NCBI GenBank assembly: GCA_013239625.1 | Contig: MU054220.1 | Span: 8,405,367-8,469,366 of the forward strand | DNA from: Lama guanicoe | Lineage: Eukaryota | Reading direction: 5' to 3' | DNA length: 64,000 bases | In this document: one piece after another, positions 37,501-50,550 of the stretch | How the letters are laid out: every line of letters begins with the position of its first letter | How positions within the stretch are numbered: the first letter of the stretch is position 1 | Notes under the pieces: generated by a model | Databases searched by the model: none | Seen by the model: the letters and a program-made list of their open reading frames with translations, nothing else | What the model was told of the DNA's origin: nothing | Translations under genes and position numbers: made by a program

Positions 37501-40500
37501 CTCCCTCGTTTAATCCTTAATGAGTGTTTTATATCATACTTACCTTGTAATTAATGAATGTTAGAAGTGATGATGATGATGATGTTGATGTTGATGGAAA
37601 TACTTAAGTGAGTTTTGGACTTGATTTTCTCTCAAATTGAGGGATGAACAATGTATAATTCAACAGTTAACAGATGAATTAAGAGAGGCATGCGTCTTGG
37701 GACCATTTCAGTGAAATAAGAAGTGTGACTTGTTAGCTCTAGACTCTAGAAGTCTTAGAAGACTTAGTCCAGATCTCTTAATTGGAGAGGTAAGACTTAT
37801 AAAGAGTCTAGAAGTAACAAAAAGATTTTAGGGTAGAAAATTATTGATCAACAGAAACTGAAAATAAACTCCATTACGTTTAATTGAAATCAGTGAGTAG
37901 GTTAATAACGTTAAGACCAATGAATTTGGATGGATCTAGATATCTCAAAAGACAAATGGTTTCTGGAAGACCAAGGATATTTAAACTGTGGGGAGGGAGT
38001 AGGAATCAGGAGCGAGAGACAAAGAGGGATTTAGAGAATGAGAAACAGAGAAATTGAGGCAGTTCAATTTTTATCTTGTTCTTCTGTTTTTGCTTAGCCA
38101 CGTTATTCGGCAAGTGCAAATGTGTAAGCACTGAGGGTGAAGTGAGCAGCAAATTCCATTAGAAATTTTCTAAGTTAGGTTTGGTAGGAGATCTGGCCAG
38201 AAAATTCTAGGAGTCTGGAATAGCTGGAATGTTATTGATCTTAAACAAAGAAGAAGCTCTCTCTCCAGGATGTCAAATACCATGGAATCGTCCCAGGGAT
38301 TCTCAAAGTATGATTTGGATATACAAATTATATAATATCTGTTAATTTAGCTTCCTACTATAATCCTGCACTTGTCCTCTTTTCAGATATTCCCAGATGG
38401 TAAAGAAGGAGCATGCTACCTGGCAATAACTCTAAACTAATGGTCTGGGAAATTTTCTGTAAAAAGATGCTGACGAGAGATTAGCATAGAAAAACACAAG
38501 CTCAGTACCTTGGGATCTGATATAAGTTTCCTCAACCAACTGCAGCTTATGATCAGACTGCCCTTTAACCTGCGTTAATGTAACTAGAAGATACGTGCCC
38601 TTGAGTATGACGTGGAGCTCAGAAGGAAACGGTAACATTTTTTTCTGGAGACTGCATTCACGCAGGAAATTCAAAGGCATCTCTTAGAAGAGTATTGTTC
38701 ATACCTCTGTCATCTTCATCAGGGTCATCTTCCATAATCTTTTTAATTGAATGTTTAATTTCTCTTCTCACTGCCCTTCCTCATGTAGCGTTCAAAAAGG
38801 ACTTTGAAACTAATCCAATAGTCACTGCTATATGATATTCAAATGGCTTATTCAGTTTTAGGACACTTAAAACTGAAATGCTCATACAGTGTATGGAATT
38901 TATGCAGTAGAAACATAAAAAACAAATGGGCAGATTTTTTCAAAATTGTATGGATAAGTACTACATTCTTTCTTCAGTGTTTTAGAAAAATAGGAAGACA
39001 AGACAATGTGAATTAGTTATGTTAGAATTTGAATCGTTTTTAAAAAATGCTCACTTTGATTATTCTTCAAGATTATGAGCCAAAAAATAGAAGTCTATTA
39101 CTCATAAGAATAATAACACTAATAATGACAGCAATATACTTACATAACACTGGATACTAGGCACTGCTCTGAGAACATTTATATATTAATGAATTTAATG
39201 TCACATACATTATTAAGTCAAGTACAATGGAAGAAATTTAATGAAATAATTATATTAAATAGTCTTCATTTCATTATGCCTACTGAATTTTGTCCTTTAA
39301 ATCTATTCTTACACCCAAGTACCTTTTTCTAAACAGATAAAAAGATTTCCTACTTAAATGATTTTTTCCATTATATTTCCAAATATATTCCATTATATTT
39401 TCCAATATATTTCCATACTATTTCCCGTCCTGGTGAAGTTCTGGGACTATTTCGAGGATACAGCCCAAAAGAAAACTGATGAAAGGGTGTATCTAGCCTA
39501 TTCTCTTGTTTCAATTTTGAAAAATAAAAAACAAACTTCATTTAATTTCCATGCTACATTTTATGCCTAACTATGTCATAATTCTTTGTAATTATTTGAT
39601 TGATTGTCCTTTTCCTCTTGGTAGCTGTCACTTCTATAAATTAGATAACGTCTTTGGCATGCTTAGAACAATGCTTGAACTTGATTTCAGCTATAATACA
39701 GTATCAACTGTGAAGTGTCTGTAGTGAATGGGAAATTAGACAGCAGTTTCCTGGTGAAGTGTAGAAGATTCTACTCCTTTGAAAGTTGAACTCTTTGGAC
39801 TACTTTTATGCATTGTTCTGCTCCTTGAATATATTTTTGCATGGAAGTTAGCTGACCTGCTATGCCAGATTATCTCCTCATAAAATATATATTAATAGAT
39901 CGTTTTTCTCTGTAGGCAGGATTTATTTTCCTTTCTACTAGCTATAGCATCTAATATGAAGCATGTAGTAGCAAATCTTAGACTGGATGGATGCAGAGAA
40001 TAAAAGACCTTAAAAGTAGTTGGGTGGAGGAGGGTGAGTTTTATACGGATGGTCAATGTAAATACCAGTGGTATTTAGTGGCCATTAAGTACTGAGAACA
40101 GAAGAGTTTTTGTTGCCTGTGACTTTCAAACTAAGATGGGGTGGAGGAACACAGGTAAAGATTCTAGGAGGGAAGTAAAGAGAGAACAAAAGCAAACGTG
40201 ATGGCTCTGACTGGATTGAGTCAGTTGTAAAATGCTAAGTCAAGAAATGCCTTAATAGTACAATATGTTTAACTTATCTCCTAGAGTCAATGAGTTTATT
40301 CTTTAACCAGATTCTCAACCTACAGGTTTTTGAGCAAAACATACATGGACTCCTAAGCATTTTCCAGGCTCTAGAAATTGTCTTAATCAAGATACTACTG
40401 AGGAATTATTGCTAATTAAAAATTGATTCTGAGGTCAATATATCCCCCTATATGAATCTCTCAGTCTTTTAGGAGTAACATTGGGAATGAGAGAAGTCAA

Positions 40501-40599
40501 AATGCCTTTGATATAGGCATAACCAAGATCAATTTATTTCAAACTAATTGCCTTTTTAAAATCAACAGAGTCCAAGTAAGGATGGTGATTAAAAATCAT

Positions 40600-40665
40600 T
40601 TTATCATCATTATCACCACCATCACCATCATCACCACACCATTATCATCATCATTATCATCACCA
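40600..40665. repeat. (CAT/CAC)n imperfect trinucleotide repeat
   Basis: atcatcattatcaccaccatcaccatcatcacc... Confidence 0.85.
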
Positions 40666-41185
40666 TTTGAATACCTCCATGTGCTAAGAATTGTAAATGG
40701 TGAATGGTATATACTTTTCTCTCCAAAAAAAAAAAAATTTCTCATAACAATTCTCCAAGCTGAATGAACAGATAGTTCTGATACAAAGCCTGACTCTTAG
40801 AATCACTTTGAAGATTAAATGTGTTAGTGTATTTGCCTTTCTTGAGCAAAAGACCTAAATAGACATTTCTCCAAAGACATGCAGATGACCAACAGGCACA
40901 TGAAGAGATGCTCAATGTCGCTAATTATTAGAGAAATGCAAACCAAAGCTACAATCACAGCAGTCAGAATGGCCATCATTAAAAAGTCCACAAATAATAA
41001 ATGCTGGAAAAAATTTGGAGAAAAGGGGACCCTCCTACACTGTTGGTGGGAATGTAAATTGGTACAGTCACTATGGAGAACAGTACGGAGATTACTTAAA
41101 AACCTAAAAGGAGAGTTATCATATGATCCAGCAATCCTGCTCTTGGGCATATATCTGGAGAAAACTCTAATTTGAAAAGATACAT

Positions 41186-41187
<2 letters not shown>

Positions 41188-41232
<45 letters not shown>
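41188..41232. repeat. (CA)n microsatellite inside L1
   Basis: Perfect CA run; other dinucleotide runs at about 33520-33560, 34166-34190 and 42090-42122. Confidence 0.95.
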
Positions 41233-41234
<2 letters not shown>

Positions 41235-41625
41235 AATAGTACTCAGCCATAAAAAAGAAAGAAATAATGCTATTTGCAGCAACATGGATGGACCTAAGAT
41301 TATCATACTACGTGAAGTAAGTCAAAGACAAACATCGTATCACTTACATGTAGAATCTAAAAAATGATACAAATAAACTTACTTATAAACCAGAAATAGA
41401 CTCAAAGACATAGAAAGCAAACTTATGGTAAATTAGGAAAGATAAACTAGGGGTTTGGGATTAACAGATACACACTACTCTATATAATATAGATAAACAA
41501 CAAAGTCTTATTGTAAAGCACAGGAAACTATATTCAATTATTCATTATCTTATAATAAACTCTAATGGAAAATAATCTGGGAAATTATATATATATATAT
41601 ATACACACACACACATAAAGTTATA

Positions 41626-42081
41626 NNNNNNNNNNNNNNNNNNNNNNNNNNNNNNNNNNNNNNNNNNNNNNNNNNNNNNNNNNNNNNNNNNNNNNNNNNN
41701 NNNNNNNNNNNNNNNNNNNNNNNNNNNNNNNNNNNNNNNNNNNNNNNNNNNNNNNNNNNNNNNNNNNNNNNNNNNNNNNNNNNNNNNNNNNNNNNNNNNN
41801 NNNNNNNNNNNNNNNNNNNNNNNNNNNNNNNNNNNNNNNNNNNNNNNNNNNNNNNNNNNNNNNNNNNNNNNNNNNNNNNNNNNNNNNNNNNNNNNNNNNN
41901 NNNNNNNNNNNNNNNNNNNNNNNNNNNNNNNNNNNNNNNNNNNNNNNNNNNNNNNNNNNNNNNNNNNNNNNNNNNNNNNNNNNNNNNNNNNNNNNNNNNN
42001 NNNNNNNNNNNNNNNNNNNNNNNNNNNNNNNNNNNNNNNNNNNNNNNNNNNNNNNNNNNNNNNNNNNNNNNNNNNNNNNNN
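41626..42081. other. Assembly gap (456 N)
   Basis: Run of N flanked by TA/CA repeats. Confidence 1.
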
Positions 42082-42085
42082 TACT

Positions 42086-42124
<39 letters not shown>

Positions 42125-45100
42125 AAAACTGAATTACTTTGTGTATATATATTTTAACAGAATCTGGAAAAGAATATATATATAGTTTTATATACATGTA
42201 TATAACTGAATTACTTTGCTGTATACCAGAAAGTAACAGCTTTGTAAACCAACTATCTTTCAGTTTAAATATATATATATCAAATATATATATATGTTTA
42301 TATATATATTTGCCCTTCTTAGTATACTTACAGCATATGTTATCTGTTATTATTACTCTGCAAAATTGTGGATGAGTACTGAAGCTCACAGATCCACTGG
42401 TGGAATTAAGTATGTATATGAAATTTTGATGAACAGACTGTAAAAGAAGAAATATATAATGAATAAATAAAATTAAATAGAATAAACCATCAACAATGTA
42501 GAAGTTAAAACTCAGGGACTCAGATCACATGTGTACTGTATGACTTTTTCATGAACAATGACCTGAGTCTGTGTATAGTGATAATGCGTTTGATAACAAT
42601 GTAAAAACAATTAGATGAGTTAGAATGTAATAAGTTATCAGAGAAGTGTGAATCTGGCACTTAAATCTCAAAGATTTGGTGTGGGCCTCTTTTCCTGAAG
42701 GAAAGGGTAAAGCAAAGAGCTACATATTTTATCCTCTTATTGTATGTTACAAATATTTTGATATAGAGGTAACTCTTGGGATTACTTCCCATAACACTTT
42801 TCGTAGGATAGAATTTACGGATTATTCAGTATTTTCCACTACAGGTTTCATTGAGACTGTTTCATGATTATAAATATTTTCTGTGATCACATAACTTTGA
42901 AAAATGCCTTATGAGGCAAAGTTTAAAAGGCATTTAATTTTGTTGTATTTTGTATTATGCCTTCGTATTTCTCAACCTTTTATAAAAAACAATGTAAATG
43001 GCAGTGCCCAGAAAATAGCACTCAAATAATTATTTATTGAATGAAATACAAGCTGCATAAAATAATGTTTTAAATGCATTGTGATTCCCTCAAAGAAGAA
43101 TGATACACATACCTTTAAAAGCTAATTTTACCAAGGAATCCTTTTTTTAATCAGTACGCCCCATGACTAGTCTGCACAAACTATTTTGGGGAATGCTGGT
43201 CGGGTCAAATCGTTTTATTTTAATGTGAGGAGCTGTCGTCTCAGGGGAGAAAGCAATCTGTTTAAGATCACACTTGTATTTGACTTTTACAGAGGAGATC
43301 TAGTCAACTGAAAAATTCCTTATATTTTACAATTAAGAGGTTCATATTTTAAAATATTTTTCATAGTCTAATTAACACTAATATAGATATTTGATACGTA
43401 TGCCAAGAAACATTCACAACTTCCATTTACTTTGAAGGATGTCAATTTTCTAATTGTTGTTAAATAGCTGGATAGCTGCTTTTCCCTATTATGTTATCCA
43501 ATTTGACAGAAAAAAACGAGGAAGTGAGACTTTAGCTTGGGTAGGTAGAGACAGCCACTTTGTCTCATCAAATCAGTTATTATGATGGACTACTCATACG
43601 CTTCACCCATTCACTTAAAATCAAGGGAAATAACACTGACTTGACGTATTGGGTTATTACTAATTGTAAGACACTTTGTAAATATTAAATTCTGATTTGT
43701 CACAGTTCCAAAATTAGTATATAAAATTCAAAGCAGCGGATGAAATAGAAAATCTTGAGAGCTTAGGAAGTTTAATGAAATATGTCATAATGAAATACTA
43801 ATTCCAGTTCAATCTTTTCTGCTCCACTTTCATTGGAAGTGCAATTTACCAAACCCATTAATAAACTCCAAAATTGATTTTTTTTTGTCCAATCTATTAT
43901 GCTTCCTGAATTTTAAGTGTTTTCCCTACTCAGTGTTGAAGAAAATATTCAAAAAAGGAACATTGAGTTATTTATGTTGCTTTAGCTTCTTATTCATTCA
44001 GTGGTTTAATATCATAAATGGCATTTCTGTCTGGTTTATAAATATATGTACATACATATAAGATGCTTTCCCCATATCTAATTCATGAAATATCCAGTTT
44101 AGTTAAATGATAAAGAAGAGGGAAGGAACTTAACTAAGATTTGTAAAATATGCAAAATCACATAGACTACATTGAAGTCTTTGCCTATTGATTGCAGTTT
44201 TGCAAGAAATCCATTCTTTTTCTCAGTATCATATATATATATTGTCCACTAAAATTCAATAATTCTAGAAGTTAAAAGAATTAAAGTTGATTATAGACTA
44301 ATATAATATAAAAAACATGGCCTTCATGATTAAATGTGTTTTGATTTATATCTTAAATTCAAGCTAATGGGCTATATATTTGAGAATGTTAATATTTCTG
44401 AAACCAAATTTCCCAGTATGAATTAAATGATTAATACTATATATTATTACTGTCTATTATGCTCCATATTAATATATGTTCAAAATGTTGCTATGAGGGC
44501 TAACACAGCTAGTTTATAGAGAGAGTATTGACCAATTATACAGGATGGATTTAATAAATGTTAGTTCTTCTCCAGGAATTTCCTCCTTCTATCAGAAACT
44601 ATATCCATTCTATCTGACATACTAAAGTAAACATGGCTGCCTGATGAACACTGCACACAAAGAACGACAAAAACAAAGCTATGTGGACCACATTTTCTGT
44701 AATATTTACATGGATTTCACCATGATCTCATTCTCTTCCAAAATCTAAGCCGTTAATGATAAGATTTACTCATTTCTTCTGTGAAATACTAAGTTTTCCT
44801 AGACCCATCATAAACTCTTTGAGTCTCTACTCTTTGGATTCTTGTCACAAGAATAGTAATTAAAGGGAGATCTGAAGAAATCTTGAATTAGTTTGAAAGT
44901 CAGTTCCAGTGATTAGCATTCCCTCCATACCGCATCAAGATCACTAAAAGAATGAATCTGCAACCTCTGAGTTACCTTTGGCTAAATTATGCTTCAACAA
45001 CAGTTTCAAGGTCTCAGTGGATTAAAACCATATATTTAACGTTTTTCTCAAATTTAATGGGGTATTTTTGCAGATCAGATGCTACAACTTCTTCAGGCTG

Positions 45101-45289
45101 TAGGGTAGGTTCCTATCCGGTCCCTGGGTCTCCCTATTTCTAGAGGCAGGCGAGAATACCAGCCTTTCTCATGGCAGTGGGCGCAGCCACACAGGAAGGA
45201 GAAGCTGTACCAGTGGAACTAACACAATATTATAATTCAACTACACTTCCATTTTTCAAAAAAGAAGCTGAACCAAATCTCTTCAAGAC

Positions 45290-45999
45290 TGCGGGGAGCC
45301 GCTCGTGACTGAGGGCTGCCGAGCACAGGACTTGGGCGTAAAACCCCAAAGTGCAGGGCGCCAGGCTCTGAGGTTGAGGCTGCCGAGCACAAAGGTTGGG
45401 CCTAAACTCCCACAGTGCGGGGCGCCCGGCTCAAAGGTCAATTGAGTCAGAACAATCTCTGTTCCGCCACCCCTTTGAAATGCACCAGGTAAGTGCCTGA
45501 GGAACATCCTGAGCCATTAAGTCACAAGAGACCTTTGGAAAGAGAGATACAATCGGCACACAAGTTAGTGATCTTTACTTAAAGAACAATCACCTGAGTT
45601 AAATATACACGAGTCACGATGCTAGTTTATAAGTCACAATGTTAGCTTGGAGGAACAATACCTAAGTTTATGATTCTGGGTTTATGATCCTGGTTTTTGG
45701 AACAGTTGATCCGGTTTTTTGGGAACAGTAAATAATAATGATGTCTTTAAGTTAATGATCTTAGTATACATTGTAATGTACCCTAAAACAATAACCCTGC
45801 CTACGTGCAGGAATGTAGGAACTAATGGGTTAAAATCATATAAAAGAACCGCCTGAAATAAACTCGAGGTCCACTCTTGACCTAGCGTCTTGCGGGCTAG
45901 AGTGAGACCCTCTCACCCCCACCTTTTAGTCTTGTTTTTCTTTTCTCAGTCCTGCAGCACAGGTTTCTGGACCTGATCGATTGTCGGCTGGCTCCGACA
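45290..45999 (+). mobile_element. Young ERVK/betaretrovirus-like solo LTR (710 bp)
   Basis: Perfect 6-bp TSD caagac (45284-45289 and 46000-46005); TG...CA ends with imperfect inverted termini tgcggggagcc / ggctccgaca; TATAAAA at about 45839 then AATAAA at about 45857; CpG-rich. Confidence 0.9.
45835..45865 (+). promoter_or_regulatory. LTR TATA box and polyadenylation signal
   Basis: catataaaagaaccgcctgaaataaa; close TATA-AATAAA spacing as in short-R betaretroviral LTRs. Confidence 0.7.
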
Positions 46000-47774
46000 C
46001 AAGACACTGAAAGTTTCTGCTCAACCATGTCGTACTCATAGTCATCGCATTTCACTCATTAAAGCAAGTCTGATGACCACGCTCAGTATTAGTTGGTTAT
46101 CGGAATAGTCCTCAGAGGTGGCAAAAGAAAGTATTTGTGAATAGTGATAAGGTGCCCACATTAGTTATAACATGGTAACTTGTTTGAATTTTAAATACAT
46201 AGAAAAAGTATATGTATGTGTCTGTGTGTATATATATATATTCATATATATATGGATAGAGCAGAGGATATATAGAAAGAAAAAGGAGAGAAGGAATATA
46301 ATTGAATCTGTGCAAAATAAAATCAATTTATGTAAGAAAATAAATACCTAGCCATTCTCTGACTTTATCTCCACAACAATAGTATCAGAAGGAAGTGGAG
46401 CAACGTATATAGAGCTCCTGCAAAATAATAATTCTAAATTAATTAATTTATTGTTTATAAGCAATCTTTCTTAGATGTGAAGGAATTCAGATAAATTATT
46501 TAAAAAGACTTCATTAAAATATTTGAAGACATATGTCACAGCACATTAGGAGGTAAATCAAAACAACTTTTGTAAATTGGCATAAAGTGATCATGATTAA
46601 GCTCTGAAAAAAAAACAATGTAGGGTTTAATTTAGCAGTATTGTGAGTGTAGCTACAGAACAGAATGTTGGTGGAAAAAATATCAAAAATAAAATGGATT
46701 ACATTAAATAAATGTAACTGTAGAAATCTGAGTGCAAATTGCATACCAACTATATCAAAACCAGGAATTGAGGGGAAGAGTGTTTAAAGGAAGTAAAGGC
46801 ATGTCAAGTTTTCATATTAAATTGAAGGCAGAAAAGAGATAAACTGGTAATTTAAAAAACATGAGGTTAGACATACTTATAAATCACAATCTTTGACAGA
46901 AGTGGACAACAATAATACATATTAATTTACAAGTAGAAAGATATCCCACTAAGATGTCACTTAAAAAAAATCAAATCAGAATTGCACATGCTTAGATATC
47001 CAAGTCAATAACTGAGAAGAAATTATTGAATATATTTCCTGGGCCATGTGCTAAAGTGAGTGCTAAGGACACAAAATGAGTCTAAGACCTCGCTGTTCCA
47101 GGACAGGTTCATAGTTTTGTAGGATCTCATGATACAGTAGGAGCAGAGAGGGAAAAAAAAAGATGGAAATACGACAATTTTGAACCCCAAATCATATTTT
47201 AAAATACAGAAGGATAAAAAGTGAAGAAATACACAAAAATACTGAGAGTGGTTTTCTTTTGGTTATGGGTCTTCAGAGAGACGTAAAATCCTGCTTTCTC
47301 ATGAGTCTTTCACTCTTTGTTCACTGAGGTTATTCTATAGACACATGTGATTATTACAGACAACAATAATGGTAAAATTTTAAAAACTAAAAAGTCCAGC
47401 AAGACAGCAAGAAGACCAAAGTCCAGTTAAAAAAAACTTCGTCTTACTATTTGTTAAGGCATACATACCATTAGTTGGAAACTGGCTCACTTTGGACATA
47501 CCATGTGGAAAGGACCCTACTCCAAATATACTGAATTCCTTTGGATCTCGTCAATGTGCTAAGTAACATGCAAAAGACTTATCATATATAGAAGTGATAA
47601 CATATTATATATATACACATATGAATATGTATGTATAAATGTAGCTCCTTCATCTAAAATCATTATAAGATACGTATATTTTAGTGCTTTCATCCTTCAA
47701 AATAGGTGACTTTCTTTGCCATTGAAAATACTGACTGATGTACTGATGAATAAAAAAAGGAGTTCATGAGATTG

Positions 47775-48152
47775 GTTTCTGGAAATGTAGACTTAGAAAT
47801 TATGCTGGCTCAAAGGGATGTCCTTCTCAAAGACCTACTAGTCACTGTCCATTCTTTGGAATATAATCATCTAGACAGATAGGACCCCTATCTCTCAGCT
47901 TCTGTGAGAGGGTAGGAGCCTGACTTTCATGGGTACCAAACAGCAAACACAAATAGCCTAGTCAAATTGACCAATTTCTCCTTTAACTCTCTGTTACTTT
48001 TTTGCTAGTTCACTCCAGTAATTAAAAACTCTCCCGTCTTTTGTTCAGTGCAGTTGAGTTCACAAATTCTCCCCTATTACAATAGTATTGGTCCCTATTG
48101 GAATAGTCTTGAATAAAGTTTTCGTACCTGTTCATCCCATCCCGTGCAATTT
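47775..48152 (+). mobile_element. MER34/39-like ERV1 LTR
   Basis: ctgtgagagggtaggagcctgactttc...ttttgttcagtgcagttgagttc...aatagtcttgaataaagtt...gtgcaattt. Confidence 0.7.
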
Positions 48153-48729
48153 AAAAAAAAAAATTCCTTATAAAATTGCCCCACTACTTACTAGCACTTC
48201 CTGTCTCCATCACCCTGCGCGATATACTCTGCAGCACTTGTCGCCATCTGCCATATGATGTTTGAGTTTTTAGTGTAATGTTTACTCCCATAATATATAG
48301 CAGCCTTTATCATTTTTTGTATACTGTTATTTCCACAGTTCCTTGAAGAGTACCTAGAGCATAGGAATCACTCAATAAGTAAAAATAAGTGAAAGTGTTA
48401 TTAAATGGCCTACGTTATTTCCACTTACTCTGAAATTTAAGGAAAGGACTTGTGGACTTGCTGCTGCTTAAGAGTTTCTACAGAAGGGATATACATAAAT
48501 GTTTTCATTCCGTTTCCCTTTACTACTGATCAGAACAAATATCTAAGGAGTGAACTGGCAAAGGGGATAATTGCTGTGTTGCGGCCTTCAGGATAATACA
48601 GAAAACACTCTAGGGAACCAGCAGACAGTGCATATAGCTTTTTTAAGGCTTAAACTATACATTGCAGAAAAAAGGCATTAACAATTTGGTAACCATAAAC
48701 TCTTTCTCCATGTTGTATTACCCATTTGT

Positions 48730-49050
48730 TGGCCATCATTAAAAAGTCCACAGACCATAAATGTTGGAGAGGGTGTGGAGGAAAGGGAGCCCTCCTACAC
48801 TGTTGGTGAGAATGTAGTTTGGTGCAGCCATTATGGAAAAAAGTACAAGGATTCCTTTAAAAACTAAAAATAGACTTACCATATGATCCACTGGTTCCTT
48901 TTCTGGGCATATATCCACAGGAAACTCTAATTTGAAAAGATACATGCACTCCAATGTTCATAGCAGCACTATATACAATAGCTAAGACATGGAAGCACCC
49001 TATATGTCCATCAGCAGATGATTGGATAAAGAAGATGTGATATATTTATG
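48730..49050 (+). mobile_element. L1 ORF2 C-terminal fragment
   Basis: tggccatcattaaaaagtccaca...tgttggagagggtgtggag...gatacatgcactccaatgttcatagcagcac; similar to the L1 at 40970-41185. Confidence 0.9.
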
Positions 49051-50417
49051 CAACACTTTGTTTTTTTTAATATAAAACTTACTCTCAAACTTACTAAATA
49101 ATACATTTAATTAGTTATTGCTATGTGATATTTTTGTGATCTTAATCTAGTAAGTAGGAAGAGATGGAATATTAAAAACAAAACAAAAAAAGCCCAAAAT
49201 AATAGAATACAACAATGCTGTACCAATTTCCCACATGCCTGCATTTGTTCTGGAGTCCTCCCATTCTCTGCTTCTTGTGAGGGGATGGCTTATGTGGGAT
49301 ACAGTATTCAGAATCTCAGTAGACCATCGCTCCATTTTCCAGACCCCAATTTGTATGCTCCAAGAATAATGTTAACCCAGTTGTATTCTCTGCTTCTGTA
49401 TAGGGAGCAGTGTGAATTAATGCTCAATGTAGAGAATGGGTTTTTAAAAGGCCCGAGGAGACTGAAGGAGACATAGTACCAGGAATTAGGGTTTTTATAA
49501 TCCTGGTTCCTCAGGAGCCTGGTCTTATTTTATACACTCCGTGATACTTATTGTTGGGGTCTTCTGGGCATTTCCACAGACGATTCCATTTAATTGCTCT
49601 GGAAAGGCAATTATTCCCCTTGACTGCATGGGTTCCCTTTGCATGAAAGCGGGACTCTCCAAAGGCTGTCTTAACAAAAAATATTGTCACTTGCTGAAAT
49701 CCCAGGAACAGAACAATCTTCTACTAAGTCTATCTTAGACGGTCGCCATCCCAGGGCTTGCCAGAGCCACAGACCACACTGATAGCAACTTCTCCAAGTA
49801 CTACAGCCCCCTACACAAACAGCTTAATTCTTCAATTCAAAGTTACCTTTTCTTCCATTGTGCTTCTGTACCTCTCTGTGGTCACCTCTGTCTGAGCACT
49901 TATAACAGATACACTCATCTATGAATCTATTCTGATGCCCAAGGGGGAACAGGGAAGGTGTTTTGTATTAGTTTTGTTTTTAATGTATATATCACCAATA
50001 CTTAATGCAATATGTAAATAACTATATGTTTAATAAATCTTCATTAAATAAAGATTTTTTTAAAGAAACCCACCATAACAACTCTTCCAGTCCAACTGGA
50101 TAATAAACTTGACACATCTAAACTGTAAAACAGTCAATTTTCATTCCATTATTTTTTGAAGCAATAACCTTCCTCTGCCTTTTCATCAAGTTGAGATGAA
50201 ATCACTTATTGTTAAAAAATGACCTCTCCTAAGTTTAGAATCAGAGCATTAGTGACTTATTAAAATTGATATTCACTATAATCACAAAGGATATTTAAGT
50301 ACCATCCAAGAGCTCAGACAACAGATCCCGTGAGCTCTGCAGAGAAAAAAAAATAATTGAATTAGTTTGTGGTATATAGAATTTCACTTCATAGGATTCA
50401 TGAAATGTAATATAAGC

Positions 50418-50550
50418 AGAGAAAAAGAGAAAGAGGCACAGAGGAAGGGTGGAAGAAAAGGCAGAAAGAAAGAAGAAAGAAGGGAGGGAGGGAGAGAGAG
50501 GTGGTGGGAGGAAGGGAAAAAGGGAAGGTCTAAAAGCTTTGAAAAGAAAG
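50418..50550. repeat. Purine-rich (GGAA/GGGA) low-complexity tract
   Basis: Almost pure A/G run. Confidence 0.8.

Larger units (their letters stand above)
40845..42270 (+). mobile_element. Relatively young L1 3' end spanning the gap
   Basis: ORF 40879-41175 matches the ORF2 Cys-rich C-terminus (RHMKRCS...[16 protein letters not shown]); the 3'UTR ends aactgaattactttgctgtataccagaaa...tgtaaaccaactat. Confidence 0.9.

Noticed and set aside
39360..39425. ttccattatat-like repeats as a CRISPR-like array
   Set aside because: Low-complexity tandem repeat without unique spacers, in eukaryotic DNA.
40824..41306. 160-aa minus-strand ORF
   Set aside because: Antisense to an L1 3' end plus a CA repeat; a typical spurious ORF.
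41562..42389. 275-aa and 156-aa ORFs
   Set aside because: They are open only because they read through Ns and TA/CA repeats.
45099..45289. Alternative LTR start at tgtaggg (45099)
   Set aside because: No matching TSD; caagac fixes the start at 45290.
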